Below the pieces are notes generated by a model. The model was given only the letters and a program-made list of their open reading frames with translations. It was not told the DNA's origin and did not search any database. DNA of 64,000 nucleotides from Candidatus Marinacidobacterales bacterium (GTDB lineage: Bacteria > Acidobacteriota > Vicinamibacteria > Marinacidobacterales > DATDRI01), in NCBI GenBank assembly GCA_965219415.1, contig CBDCNP010000002.1:4960001-5024000 (forward strand), in the 5' to 3' direction. Numbering within the stretch: position 1 is the first letter of the stretch; every line of letters starts with the position of its first letter. Both the position numbers and the translations under genes were made by a program. Positions 51,954 to 62,653 of this stretch are shown here, one piece after another.

Positions 51954-52871
51954 ATGCTGTTCCTCGCGCGATTCGCGCTTTTTGTCCTGGCCTCCTGGCT
52001 CATCGCCTGGACCTCCCCACCACCTTCGTCGGGAACCGCTTCGCATCGGTCTCTTGCGTGGGCTTATCAGCAAACCCTTGCCCTGCGCATCGTGTCGACG
52101 ACACCGAACTTCACGGAAATCCTGTTCGAGATTGGTGGCGGCGGCGAGGTGGTCGCGGTGTCCGACTACTGTCTCTATCCAAAAGAGGCGCGAGCAAAAC
52201 CGCGCATCGGCGGTCCTTTCAATCTGAGCTACGAACGGATTGTGGCCCTTCAGGCGGACCTCGTGGTGTTGCCATCGAGTCTTGAAACGGTGGCGGGAAA
52301 GCTTAGGACGCTGGGACTCACCGTGCTACGGCTTCCTAACGAGACGGTCGCCGACGTTCTGGAGTCGGTTACGCGGCTTGGCGAAGTAAGCGGAAGAAGC
52401 GCCCAGGCGGCCGTACTAGCGGCGGGGATACGAGCCGATCTCCAGGGGATCGAACAGAAAACTCGCGGTCTCCCGAGGGCAAGAGTCCTTATCGTGGTGC
52501 TTCGAGCCGCGGGGGGCCTCCAAGATCTCACCGCCGCCAGCACGGACACCTTCCTCAACGAACTGCTCGTCCTCGCTGGAGGGGAGAACGTGATTACCGG
52601 TACGATTTCCCGCTATCCGCGCATCTCCAAAGAAGAGATCGTTTCTCTCGACCCGGAAGTGATCCTGGATCTCACGTTTAGCGCCGAGGGCGAGGACACT
52701 CTCGGGATCTGGGCCCAACTGCCCACGCTCGACGCCGTGCGCACGGGTCGGGTCGTGGCCATACCCGATCCTGTTGCCACCATACCAGGTCCACGCATGG
52801 TCGAAACGCTCCGCCGCTTCGTCGAGGTTCTTCACCCGGAGGCCGTACCACCGCGTGGGGTGTCTCAGTGA
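51954..52871 (+). CDS. BtuF/Fe-siderophore-type ABC substrate-binding protein
   Basis: RIVSTTPNFTEILF, VAVSDYCLYP, ERIVALQADLV, PGPRMVE. Confidence 0.88.
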   Translation: MLFLARFALFVLASWLIAWTSPPPSSGTASHRSLAWAYQQTLALRIVSTTPNFTEILFEIGGGGEVVAVSDYCLYPKEARAKPRIGGPFNLSYERIVALQADLVVLPSSLETVAGKLRTLGLTVLRLPNETVADVLESVTRLGEVSGRSAQAAVLAAGIRADLQGIEQKTRGLPRARVLIVVLRAAGGLQDLTAASTDTFLNELLVLAGGENVITGTISRYPRISKEEIVSLDPEVILDLTFSAEGEDTLGIWAQLPTLDAVRTGRVVAIPDPVATIPGPRMVETLRRFVEVLHPEAVPPRGVSQ

Positions 52872-52899
52872 ACGAGATAGATACTTGGTTTGAGTTAGC

Positions 52900-53700
52900 G
52901 TGAGCCGAGCACTCATGATCCGTGCGTCCGAGCTTGGCTTTTCCTACAACGGTGGGCGAGATGTCATCTCGGAACTGGACGTCGAGCTTCGGGACGGCGA
53001 TCTCCTGGCAATCCTGGGTCCCAACGGGTCTGGCAAGTCGACTCTTCTCAAACTTCTTGCCGGTCTTCTCAATCCTAAGCATGGCGAGATCGCGTTGGAG
53101 GGTCGACCTCTCGATTCCTACTCTCGCCAAGAGTTGGCCAGGGTGGTGAGCTACGTTCCGCAGCAGACCACAGTGGGCTTGCCTTTTACGGTGGGCGAGA
53201 TCGTGCTTATGGGACGACATCCTCATCAAAGTGCGTTTCGCCTCGAGACCAAGGAGGACCTTGCAGTGGTGACTCGGGCCCTCGAGCTCACCGAGACTTC
53301 TGAGTTCGGATCGCGGCCATTTCACAGCCTTTCGGGAGGCGAAAAACAGCGAGTCCTGATCGCGCGGGCGATTGCTCAAGACTCAAGGCTACTGTTATTG
53401 GATGAGCCCACCGCGGCGCTCGATCTCAAACACGAGGTGCGCATGTGGGAGATACTGGAGCGCCTGGTTGTCGAGCAGTCGAAGACCGTGGTTAGTGTAA
53501 CGCACCATATCAACCTGGCTGCGCTCTACTGTCCCAGGATGCTTATCCTCAAAGAAGGTCGTGCGGTGGCAAGTGGAGCGCCCCGGGAACTACTCGATCG
53601 GGAGCTGATGGAGTCGGTGTACGAAACCCCGTTGCGGGTCGAAGCGGGGTCGGCCTCTGCGGTTCCTTTCATCCTCCCCGAGAGACGCCGTGGTGGGTAA
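52900..53700 (+). CDS. FecE/BtuD-type ABC ATP-binding protein
   Basis: GPNGSGKST, LSGGEKQR, LLLDEPT. Confidence 0.92.
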   Translation: MSRALMIRASELGFSYNGGRDVISELDVELRDGDLLAILGPNGSGKSTLLKLLAGLLNPKHGEIALEGRPLDSYSRQELARVVSYVPQQTTVGLPFTVGEIVLMGRHPHQSAFRLETKEDLAVVTRALELTETSEFGSRPFHSLSGGEKQRVLIARAIAQDSRLLLLDEPTAALDLKHEVRMWEILERLVVEQSKTVVSVTHHINLAALYCPRMLILKEGRAVASGAPRELLDRELMESVYETPLRVEAGSASAVPFILPERRRGG

Positions 53701-54754
53701 AAGCGGGGCCGAGCTCAAGGCGCTTACCGCCAAACGATTCGCCACCACGGTCGGGGCATCGGCGGTCCTCCTGCTGCTCGCACTCGTTGGGGCCCCACTC
53801 ATTGGGTCGACCCAGATCGATCTTTCTCGAGCTTTCGATTTTTCGATTCCGGCCAATCTCAATCCAGACGCTAGCATCTTGTTTTCGGTGCGGCTCCCCA
53901 GGACGCTACTGGCGGCCTTGGTGGGAGCGGCGCTCTCCGCCTCGGGGCTCACCTTTCAGTCTTTGCTTCGAAATCCGTTGGCTTCACCGTTCACCCTTGG
54001 GATCTCGGGCGGTGCGGCGGTGGCGACCGCGCTCGCTATCCGCCTCGGTTTGGACGGCGCGGTGGGTCCTCTCTCCTCCCAAACGATAGCGGCGCTTCTG
54101 GGATCGGCGACATCCGCCACGTTGGTTTATCTGTTGGCGAAAACCCGCGGCTACCTAGCTCCGAGCACGATGCTCCTCGCCGGGGTGACACTTCATTTTT
54201 TCTTTTCTTCACTCATCCTCTTGATTCAGTACACCGCGGACTTCACCCAGTCTTATCAGATGGTTCGATGGGTCATGGGAGGGCTGGATTTGATCGAGCT
54301 TCGCAGGCTAGCGGTCGTGGCCCCGCTGGTGATAGCCGGCTTGGTCGTTCTCATCGTCTTGTCGCGACAACTAAACGTGATGGCCTTGGGAGATGAGACC
54401 GCGCGGAGCTTGGGGGTTCCCGTGGACCAGTCCCGTAGACTGGCGTTTGCCGCCGCTTCGGTGGCGACCGGCTCGGCGATTTCTTTGTCCGGACCCATAC
54501 TTTTCGTCGGACTCATGGTCCCTCACTTGCTACGGATGGTCCTGGGACCAGATCACCGCGTGCTGATGCCGAGCGCGGTGTTTGCCGGCGGCGCGATCGT
54601 GGTAGCCTGTGACACGGTAGCGCGCACGATCTTGGCACCCACCGAGATTCCGGTGGGTGTGGTGACCGCCCTGACGGGAGGTCCTTTCTTTCTTTGGATT
54701 CTGCTGCGTCACAAGTTACGCGGCATCTATCCTGAGGAGTCCCTGTCGGTTTGA
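53690..54754 (+). CDS. FecCD/BtuC-type ABC permease
   Basis: RLPR, QSLLRNPLASP, A.SLGV, FVGLMVPH, IPVGVVTA..GGPFF. Confidence 0.92.
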   Translation: MVGKSGAELKALTAKRFATTVGASAVLLLLALVGAPLIGSTQIDLSRAFDFSIPANLNPDASILFSVRLPRTLLAALVGAALSASGLTFQSLLRNPLASPFTLGISGGAAVATALAIRLGLDGAVGPLSSQTIAALLGSATSATLVYLLAKTRGYLAPSTMLLAGVTLHFFFSSLILLIQYTADFTQSYQMVRWVMGGLDLIELRRLAVVAPLVIAGLVVLIVLSRQLNVMALGDETARSLGVPVDQSRRLAFAAASVATGSAISLSGPILFVGLMVPHLLRMVLGPDHRVLMPSAVFAGGAIVVACDTVARTILAPTEIPVGVVTALTGGPFFLWILLRHKLRGIYPEESLSV

Positions 54755-54794
54755 CGACGATAGTGGGACTTGTTAGGATCCGCCATCCCCTACC

Positions 54795-55685
54795 ATGAGC
54801 TGGTTCAAAAAAGAAAAAACGCCCCTGGCGCCGGCCGAAAAAAAGAGCCGGATGCCGGAGGGATTATGGAGCAAGTGCAAGGGATGCTCGGAAATCCTTT
54901 ACAAGAAGGAGATTGTCCGCAACTCCAATGTGTGCCCCAAGTGCGACTACCACTTCGGCCTATCGGCTACGGAACGGCTGACCATGCTCTTGGACGGGGG
55001 ATCCTACGAAGAGTTTGATTCCGGAATACGCTCCACCAACCCCCTTCGTTTCAAAGACACCAAGCGCTACCAAGATCGCCTGAAGGCTGGGAGAGAACGG
55101 ACCGGACTCGATGATGCGATCATGACGGTCAAAGGTACCATCAACGGCATACCCGTTATCGTAGCGGCGATGGAGTATGGCTTCATCGGCGGAAGCATGG
55201 GCGTCGTGGTCGGAGAGAAGATCACGAGAGCAATCGAGAGGGCTCTCGAGGAGCGCACCGCAGTCATCATCATTTCTCGTTCGGGAGGAGCGCGGATGCA
55301 GGAGGGTGCTCTTTCGTTGATGCAGATGGCCAAGATAAGCGCTGCCCTCGCCCGCCTCGACGAGGCGGGCATTCCCTACTTCTCAATACTTACTGACCCC
55401 ACCACCGGCGGTGTCACTGCCAGCTTCGCGATGCTCGGTGACTTGAACATCGCCGAGCCCAAGGCGCTCATCGGCTTTGCCGGCCCACGGGTCATCGAGC
55501 AGACTATCCGCCAACCGGTACCTCCTGGCTCTCAGCAGTCGGAGCACTTGATGGAGCGCGGAATGCTGGATCTCATCGTCGAGCGCAAACAGATGAAGGA
55601 GTCTCTGGGCAAGATTCTGCAGTTCTTCACCGATTCCGTTCCCGAGGGATCGGGTGACTCCGCATCGGAACCCTATCTTCCCTAG
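54795..55685 (+). CDS. accD: Acetyl-CoA carboxylase carboxyltransferase beta subunit
   Basis: CxxC...CxxC Zn finger, GGSMG, SGGARMQEG, PTTGGVTASFA, GFAGPRVIEQT. Confidence 0.97.
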   Translation: MSWFKKEKTPLAPAEKKSRMPEGLWSKCKGCSEILYKKEIVRNSNVCPKCDYHFGLSATERLTMLLDGGSYEEFDSGIRSTNPLRFKDTKRYQDRLKAGRERTGLDDAIMTVKGTINGIPVIVAAMEYGFIGGSMGVVVGEKITRAIERALEERTAVIIISRSGGARMQEGALSLMQMAKISAALARLDEAGIPYFSILTDPTTGGVTASFAMLGDLNIAEPKALIGFAGPRVIEQTIRQPVPPGSQQSEHLMERGMLDLIVERKQMKESLGKILQFFTDSVPEGSGDSASEPYLP

Positions 55686-55718
55686 ACGATCTAAGCGGGC
55701 TAAACAGGCCCTCGAAAG

Positions 55719-57041
55719 ATGAACTACGCTGAGGCGTTAGCCTATCTAACCGGGCACGAGCGCCTGGGCATCAAATTCGGGTTGGAGAATATCGGCCGTC
55801 TCGTCGAGGCGCTGGGGCACCCAGAAAAATCCTGGCGCTCGATCTTGGTTGCTGGCACCAACGGCAAGGGATCGACCGTCGCACTCGTCGAATCCATTCT
55901 GCGTGGCGCCGGACATCGCGCGGCGCGGTATACCTCACCCCACCTGGTTCGTTTAGAGGAGCGGATGATGGCGGATGGCAAGCTGATCACCTCCGATGAG
56001 CTCGCTGATGTCGTCGAAGAGGTGAAGCAGGCGACCGTCCAATTGAGACAGGAGCAGAAGCTCCTCACCGAGCCAACCTTTTTCGAGCTGACGACAGCGT
56101 GCGCCTTCGAGTTCTTTCGTCGAAAGGAAGTCGAGATTGCAGTGCTGGAGGTAGGAATGGGAGGTCGTTGGGATGCTACCAACATAGTTCCTGCCGACAT
56201 CACCGCGGTGACCAACATCGGTTTCGATCACGAGCGCTTTCTAGGTACATCTCTTGCCGCTATCGCCGCCGAAAAAGCGGCAACCATCAAGCCAGGCCGG
56301 CCGGTGGTCACGACGGTGACGGAAGAAGAGCCGCTCGCCATTGTCCGTTCGGAGGCTGCCCGCCAAGGCGCTCCGTTGTTCGAAGTTCAAAGAGAAGTCA
56401 ATTGGCGAACAAAAGAGGCGGAAGGTGGACAATGGGTTCGATTGGAGACACCCAAGGCGGTCTATCCCGAAGTGTTCTTGCCGCTGGCGGGTGAGCACCA
56501 GGTCGTTAACCTTGCACTCGCGGTCAGGATCGCCGAGCTCGCCGGCCAGTCGGGGTTTGAGATTTCGAAGGAATCGGTAACGGTAGGAGTCCCTTCTACC
56601 GTTTGGGAAGGGCGCCTAGAGAGAATCGGAGACGCACCGCCTCTTCTCGTCGATGTCGCGCACAACCCTTTAGCCGCTGCCGCGTTGGCTCGTTATCTCG
56701 AAGAACATCCCCACTCCAATCGTGTACTCGTCTACGGTGTCATGAAGGACAAGAGATCCTCCGCAATGCTCGATGCCCTCCTGCCTCATGTGCAACACTT
56801 GATCGTGACCCGGCCTCCGAATCCGAGGGCCCAAGATCCCGAGAGCGTGGTAAGGGTTGCGGCGCGGCGCGGCGGCTCATGCGAAGCGATCGATTCTCCG
56901 GAACGAGCACTCGCGAGCGCGCGTCTGAAGGCGGGAAACAAAGGGGAGGTCATTGTGACCGGCTCGGTCTTTCTCGTCGGCGAAGCGAAACGCTTGCTGT
57001 TGCAAGCGGAATCATGGTCAAAAGAAATAATAGAGCCGTAG
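55719..57041 (+). CDS. folC: Folylpolyglutamate synthase / dihydrofolate synthase
   Basis: VAGTNGKGS, YTSPHL, EVGMGGRWDATN, DVAHN, TGS; follows accD. Confidence 0.96.
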   Translation: MNYAEALAYLTGHERLGIKFGLENIGRLVEALGHPEKSWRSILVAGTNGKGSTVALVESILRGAGHRAARYTSPHLVRLEERMMADGKLITSDELADVVEEVKQATVQLRQEQKLLTEPTFFELTTACAFEFFRRKEVEIAVLEVGMGGRWDATNIVPADITAVTNIGFDHERFLGTSLAAIAAEKAATIKPGRPVVTTVTEEEPLAIVRSEAARQGAPLFEVQREVNWRTKEAEGGQWVRLETPKAVYPEVFLPLAGEHQVVNLALAVRIAELAGQSGFEISKESVTVGVPSTVWEGRLERIGDAPPLLVDVAHNPLAAAALARYLEEHPHSNRVLVYGVMKDKRSSAMLDALLPHVQHLIVTRPPNPRAQDPESVVRVAARRGGSCEAIDSPERALASARLKAGNKGEVIVTGSVFLVGEAKRLLLQAESWSKEIIEP

Positions 57042-59330
57042 GTCGAGGGCCGACTCGGTTACTTCACCGAGCGTTCTGCCCGTTACCGACAAGCGAAAGC
57101 CACCGAGTCTAAACTCGAGACCGCCAACCAAATCCCATTGGCTTTCCTCGAAGTCGGTCACGAAGCCTACGCCGGCCAGTAGCTTTGTCATGGCGCTAAT
57201 CGGATAGGACGCCAGCGCCGCGGTCGAAAAAAGTCCTTGTCCACCGATGGTCAGTACCGGATCGACTTGCAGCAACAAGTCCGGAATAAACTTCGATCCG
57301 TGCAGAACGAATACCTCCCGCCGAAAAAGATTCCCGGATCAAAACCCACGGTAGTTATTCCAAACATGACTCCTCTTTCGGGGAGGAGAAATTGTCGATG
57401 GCCCGTTCCTGGTCGGCAACAGTTGCGGGGGGAAGTACTAGTTTCTCGGAATCGCCGTTCGATTTCCCAAAGAACTTCTTGAATGGATGCACCTTAGTCT
57501 CGAACTGAAGTGACCCCGCTTTCGTGGACAGGTTAAGAGTTAGGGATCAAGCGTCGCGATAGTACCTCCTTTCGAATTGGATAGGCGAGCAATAGTCGAT
57601 GGCGGAGTGTCGTCGTCGCGGGTTGTACCAGCCTTCGATGAAATCGAAGGTCGCCATGCGCGCCTCAGCGTGGTAGCGAAACGACCGGCGCTCGATCAGC
57701 TCGCACTCGAGCGTCGCGAAGAAGCTCTCGCACATCGCATTGTCGTAACAGTCCCCGACCGAACCCATCGACGGTCGCACCCCGGCCTCCCGGCATCGCT
57801 GGCCGAACGCTAGTGACGTGTACTGCGTGCCCTGGTCCGAGTGATGGATGACGTCGCCGGGCTTGCGTTGGAACAGCGCCATGTCGAGGGCGCTCAAGAC
57901 GAGCGACGTCCGCAGGTGGGTAGCCATTGCCCATCCGACGATGCGTCGGCTGAAGGCGTCCAGCACGACGGCGAGGAACAAGAAGCCCGACCACGTGGGC
58001 ACGTAGGTGATATCGGCGACCCACAGGCGGTCGGGCCGGTCCACCTCGAAATTCCTGTCGACGAGATCGGGGGCGGGACGGGCGTCGTCACAGCGAATCG
58101 TAGTGTGCGCCCTCTTGCGCCGGTGAACACCTTGAATGCCAGCCTCGCGCATCAGCCGCGCTACACGCTTGCGTGAGACGTGGAGCTCGTGTGTCTCTCG
58201 TAGCTCGTGGAGAATCCTCGGCGCGCCGTACGTGCTCCGCGACGCGGTGTGAATCGCCCGGATCTTCTCAAGCAACTCCGCATCCGACACCGCGCGGGCC
58301 GACGGGGCACGCTCAAGCCACGCATAGTAGCCGCTGGCGGAGACGTCCAGCAGTCGGCACATCGTGGCAACCGGTAGTGAATCCTGGTTCGCCCTCACGA
58401 ATCGGAAGGCTTCGGTGGTACCGACTCGGTCTCCCGAGCGAACCAGGCCGCGGCTTTTGAGAGGATCTCCCGCTCCAACCGTAGTTGACGGTTCTCCCGT
58501 CGCAGGCGGCGGAGCTCCGCACGCTCCTCACTCGTCAGACCGTCCTGCCTGCGACCCTCGTCGAGATCCGCCTGGTTCACCCAGTTCCGGATCGTCTGGC
58601 CCGAGGGCTCAAACTCTCGCGCCAGCTCTTCGGGGCCGCGGCCAGCTCGCACCAGCTCTACCATTTGGCGCCGGAATTCGGCCGCGTATCTGTTTCCCTG
58701 CTTTGACATCGTGGACTACTGTCTCCCAAAGGATTAGGTGTCCACGAAAGCGGGTCAAGTCCAAACGCCTGTTTGTACTGCTCACTGGACCAATCAAAGT
58801 AGTCGAAGTGTCGGTAAAGCTCATCGACTGGAACTAGGTGATATGGAAACGAATTGGAAGGGCAACCGTGCCGCCCATTCGATTCGGCATGGCAGAACAA
58901 AACAGAGTCCCCGTTGTCTCGGCTGTCCATATAGGCAGGGTTGTACCGGCTCCACGTAAGCCCTCTGTCCCTGCCCCCCCAGAGGATCTTGTAACCGGAC
59001 TCACCGTCATCGCCGGGCGTGAATATCCGGTCGCGGTTCGCGTCGGTGCCGGCCGCATGAGAGCCCAGTTCTACCAGGAGATGCGCCCTGCCATCGTGCC
59101 CATTGAACCAGAACGGAAAGAGTCCCGGGCGGGCAGAGTAATCGTTCCAGACGTAGTAGAACCAGTACTCGAGCACGATGGTTTCGGAGGCCCGCGTGAC
59201 GCGTAGTACACCGTGGCTAGCCTCGCCTTTTCCTCAAGGTCTAGCGCAAGGTACTGCTTATCTGAGGCATTCGTGACGGCACCACGTGGCGATGGGTTAG
59301 GTAGGAAAATGACGAAGTGAAAACTCTGGC
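57018..59330 (-). pseudogene. Degraded gene (possible outer-membrane/secreted protein) interrupted by IS3
   Basis: Fragments LEYWFYYVWND (5' side) and a beta-strand-rich C-terminus ending LDLRLYYFF; several frameshifts. Confidence 0.4.
57506..58763 (-). mobile_element. IS3-family element (orfA 58395-58709, orfB 57547-58398)
   Basis: TG...CA ends with ~25-bp TIRs (GACCC.GCTTTCGTGGACA); 3-bp TSD AAC; WVADIT, HSDQG, DNAMCESFF. Confidence 0.95.
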
Positions 59331-59360
59331 ATGCTCGTTGAGCGGACGCCAGAGCTTCGG

Positions 59361-60563
59361 CTACAGCTCCTTTCCATTCAGCTCAACCGAAATTCTGCTC
59401 GGATGTTCTCCGCGCATGGCCGCATGAAGAAAACAGGTCTGTTGTCCCATGCGCACGAGTCTCGGGCCGTCATCGTCTTCCGCGAATTGGGCATCGAGGA
59501 ACACCCGGGTATCCACGGGCTCAATGGTAGCACCTCGACTTCCGACTCGTGAATCTCCACTGAACTGAAACGCGCTCTTTTGAACGATGCGGTAAGAGTC
59601 GAGGGCTTGTTTCTTGATATGCGCGAAGCGGCCGAGTTGCGTCATGTAGCAAAAGCCAATCCCGGCGCTGAGGTACGCGAGAGGCGGCGGAGCGCTCGCC
59701 TTGCCTCCTTGAGTCTTCGTCTCGTCGGAGACAAAGCGGAAACTGCTGCCGATAGGCTTGTAGAGGTGAACGACGCTTTCCATCAGCATGTCCCCGAGCC
59801 AGTTCGCGTCGCCGTGGACATGGAGGGTCCGCTTCTGCTCGGCTTGAAGACTGCTGCCGGCACCTCCCTCGACTCCGGTGCGTTTCTCGGCCTTTTTCAC
59901 CCGCTTGATGATATCGGGAAGAAAACCCTCCGAACCAGGCACCACCCGGTCGAAGTGAGCAGCCGGATCCTGTTCGTTGGGAGAAGGCGACGCCACGAGG
60001 TCATCGATGGGATGCGGTCGGCCGTTCAGTGATAGCGAGAAGGTGTTCTGCATCAAGTTCCGCATTAGGCTCTGGGCTGGTGAGCTGGCCTCCGCCATCC
60101 GCGATAGCTCGGCGATCTCGGAAGGCGATGCCCTGGACTTCACATTGAGACGGAGCACCGCGGGCTTGGCACCGCCGGTGGCGTCCCCTCGCAAAAACGA
60201 GCCCTCCATCGAATAGAAATTGTCTTGGGCGAGCGACACCTCATCGAGCGCGACGCCCTGCGCACGTGCACCCTGGAGGAATTCGCTCAAGAAAGAGAAC
60301 TGCATTCCCGCGGTGAAGAACGCCAGAGGGAAAGGCGCCATGTCTTTCCCGTTGAGATAGTGACCTTCATCGGAGACGAGCCGCCAGGTGGTGCCATCGG
60401 ACTCGCAGGTCACCACCGCCTCTTTCTGCATGCCGTCGAGCGAGCGCACTTCGGTCCTCATGGGGACAGCGTTCTCCGAAAGGCGAGCCCCGCTCGCAAC
60501 AGGAACAGCTTTTCCCTCCGTCTTGAAAACCAGCGGCAGACCGCAACCCTCGATCGATGGCAT
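59361..60563 (-). CDS. Tandem OsmC/Ohr-like domain protein
   Basis: Two repeats of SDE...G...AP.PL; FCYMTQ and TCFLH Cys residues in domain 2. Confidence 0.75.
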   Translation of the reverse strand: MPSIEGCGLPLVFKTEGKAVPVASGARLSENAVPMRTEVRSLDGMQKEAVVTCESDGTTWRLVSDEGHYLNGKDMAPFPLAFFTAGMQFSFLSEFLQGARAQGVALDEVSLAQDNFYSMEGSFLRGDATGGAKPAVLRLNVKSRASPSEIAELSRMAEASSPAQSLMRNLMQNTFSLSLNGRPHPIDDLVASPSPNEQDPAAHFDRVVPGSEGFLPDIIKRVKKAEKRTGVEGGAGSSLQAEQKRTLHVHGDANWLGDMLMESVVHLYKPIGSSFRFVSDETKTQGGKASAPPPLAYLSAGIGFCYMTQLGRFAHIKKQALDSYRIVQKSAFQFSGDSRVGSRGATIEPVDTRVFLDAQFAEDDDGPRLVRMGQQTCFLHAAMRGEHPSRISVELNGKEL

Positions 60564-60749
60564 ATCCGCGCGCCCCTGTGACCCTGATCCGTGCCATTTA
60601 GTCCTTCAGGTGTTTGGATGTCAAATCGATCGGTCAATCACGACCGTGCTAAAATGGGCCTTAACTCACCCGAGGGGGGGCAAAGGAGCTGGCTCCAACC
60701 TCGTTTGCCGAAGAAATGTAGCCCTTACCGCACGGAGCACACGACCGGA

Positions 60750-62114
60750 ATGGCCTCCTCGAACTCGCGCGCCCCCGAGGGCTCTCTCGGAGGTCCTTCC
60801 CAGACTTCTGATTCCAATGAAAAGCAGACTGAAGTCGGAAGCTATTTCGTAGCGAACTACCCTCCCTTCTCCTTCTGGTCCCAAGAGCATCTTCCCGCTG
60901 TAGAAAGAGTGCTATCCGATGGTTCCAATCCAACGGTTCCTCTTGGGCTCTATCTGCATATTCCCTTTTGCCGGAAACGGTGTAAGTTCTGCTACTTCCG
61001 CGTCTACACCGAGAAGAATAGCCGTGATGTAGAAAACTACGCGGATGTTTTGACCGCCGAGCTGGCTCTCTACCGCCGATACGCCGCCTTCTCTCAACGG
61101 CCGCTCCGATTTGTATACTTCGGCGGTGGGACCCCTTCGTTTCTGAGCACTCGGCAGCTTATCTCCCTGGTGGAAAAGCTCCGCGGGTCCGTGAAGTGGG
61201 GCGACGCCGAAGAGGTCACCTTTGAATGCGAGCCGGGGACGTTGAACCGCGCTAAAGTCCAGGCTCTCAAGGAAATCGGCGTGACGCGCATGAGCCTCGG
61301 CGTCGAGAACTTCGACGATGCCATTTTGCGAGAGAACGGCCGCGCTCACGAGAGCAATGAGATCTATCGAGCCTACGAATGGATTGAGAAAGCAGGTTTC
61401 TCCGACGTCAATATCGACCTCATTGCGGGGATGGTTGGTGAGACGGAGGAGAACTGGCAGTCGTGTGTCCGCAAGACCATCGAACTTTCTCCCGACAGCG
61501 TGACCATCTACCAGATGGAGCTTCCGTACAATACCGTTTACTCCCAGGAGATCCGGGTCGAGGGGCAGCCGGTTGCGGTGGCCGGGTGGGAGCAGAAACG
61601 CGCTTGGGTTGGTGAGGCCTTCGCCGCGCTGGAGAGAGTCGGCTACCGGGTCTCGAGCGGATACACCGCTGCGAAGGGCCCCAAGCCCGCTAAGTTCGCC
61701 TACCGCGATAGCCTATGGCACGGCGCGGACATGGTGGGCATCGGTGTCTCATCCTTTTCCTACCTGGGAGGCGTTCATTATCAGAACATGGACCGCCTCG
61801 AGGATTACGTTGCGGCGGTGGGAGCGGGAAATTTGCCTCTTAAGAGAGCGTTACCGATCGGTGATACCGAACGGTTGATACGGGAGCTCATTCTGCAAAT
61901 GAAGCTGGGGAACCTAGACCTCGGTTACTTCCGAGAGAAGTTTCAACGGGACGTCAAGAAAGAGTTCCAGCCTACTTTTGACGATCTGAGACAAAAGGGC
62001 TACCTCGATTGGGAGGGGGACCGAGTCGTGCTCACCCGCGAGGCGCTTCTGAGGGTCGACGCGCTCCTTCCTGGTTTCTTCCTGCCCGAGCACCGGGACG
62101 CCCGCTACACTTGA
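60750..62114 (+). CDS. HemN/HemW-like radical SAM protein
   Basis: NYPP, LYLHIPFCRKRCKFCYF, YFGGGTPS, NIDLIAG, GIGVSS; start uncertain (ORF opens at 60591). Confidence 0.88.
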   Translation: MASSNSRAPEGSLGGPSQTSDSNEKQTEVGSYFVANYPPFSFWSQEHLPAVERVLSDGSNPTVPLGLYLHIPFCRKRCKFCYFRVYTEKNSRDVENYADVLTAELALYRRYAAFSQRPLRFVYFGGGTPSFLSTRQLISLVEKLRGSVKWGDAEEVTFECEPGTLNRAKVQALKEIGVTRMSLGVENFDDAILRENGRAHESNEIYRAYEWIEKAGFSDVNIDLIAGMVGETEENWQSCVRKTIELSPDSVTIYQMELPYNTVYSQEIRVEGQPVAVAGWEQKRAWVGEAFAALERVGYRVSSGYTAAKGPKPAKFAYRDSLWHGADMVGIGVSSFSYLGGVHYQNMDRLEDYVAAVGAGNLPLKRALPIGDTERLIRELILQMKLGNLDLGYFREKFQRDVKKEFQPTFDDLRQKGYLDWEGDRVVLTREALLRVDALLPGFFLPEHRDARYT

Positions 62115-62164
62115 ACCTCACGCTCACCTAGCAAGCTCTTTCGGTTAGGTGGTAGAGTAACTCG

Positions 62165-62641
62165 ATGTCAGAAAAGGTGTTGCTCCATCTGCGCGTCAAC
62201 CGCGAGTCGGTTGCGGTGGCGGCCCCCGTCCACAAGACGCTCCTCGAGGTCTTGCGAGAGGAGCTACGACTCACCGGCACGAAACACGGATGCGAGCTGG
62301 GCGAATGCGGAACGTGTACAGTGCTTGTCGATGGAGGGCCGGTCCTCTCCTGCTTGGCACTGCCGATAGAGCTCGAGGGCCGCGAGATCGTGACGGTGGA
62401 AGGAATGGTCGAGAAGGGCTCTCACCATCCCCTCCAAACCGCTTTCGCCGAAGTGGGTGCAGCCCAATGCGGTTACTGTACTCCCGGAATCCTCCTGGCG
62501 GCGAAGTCCCTCTTGGATCGCAACCCCAGCCCCACGCGTCCCGACATTCAAGAGGCACTGGCCGGTAACCTCTGCCGGTGCACGGGCTACATCCAGATCC
62601 TTCAGGCGGTAGAGCTCGCCGCCAGTCGGCTGAAAGAGTAA
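62165..62641 (+). CDS. (2Fe-2S)-binding subunit, xanthine dehydrogenase/CoxS family
   Basis: GTKHGCELGECGTCTV, QCGYCTPG, GNLCRCTGY. Confidence 0.95.
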   Translation: MSEKVLLHLRVNRESVAVAAPVHKTLLEVLREELRLTGTKHGCELGECGTCTVLVDGGPVLSCLALPIELEGREIVTVEGMVEKGSHHPLQTAFAEVGAAQCGYCTPGILLAAKSLLDRNPSPTRPDIQEALAGNLCRCTGYIQILQAVELAASRLKE

Positions 62642-62653
62642 GGCCCCGGAAAC

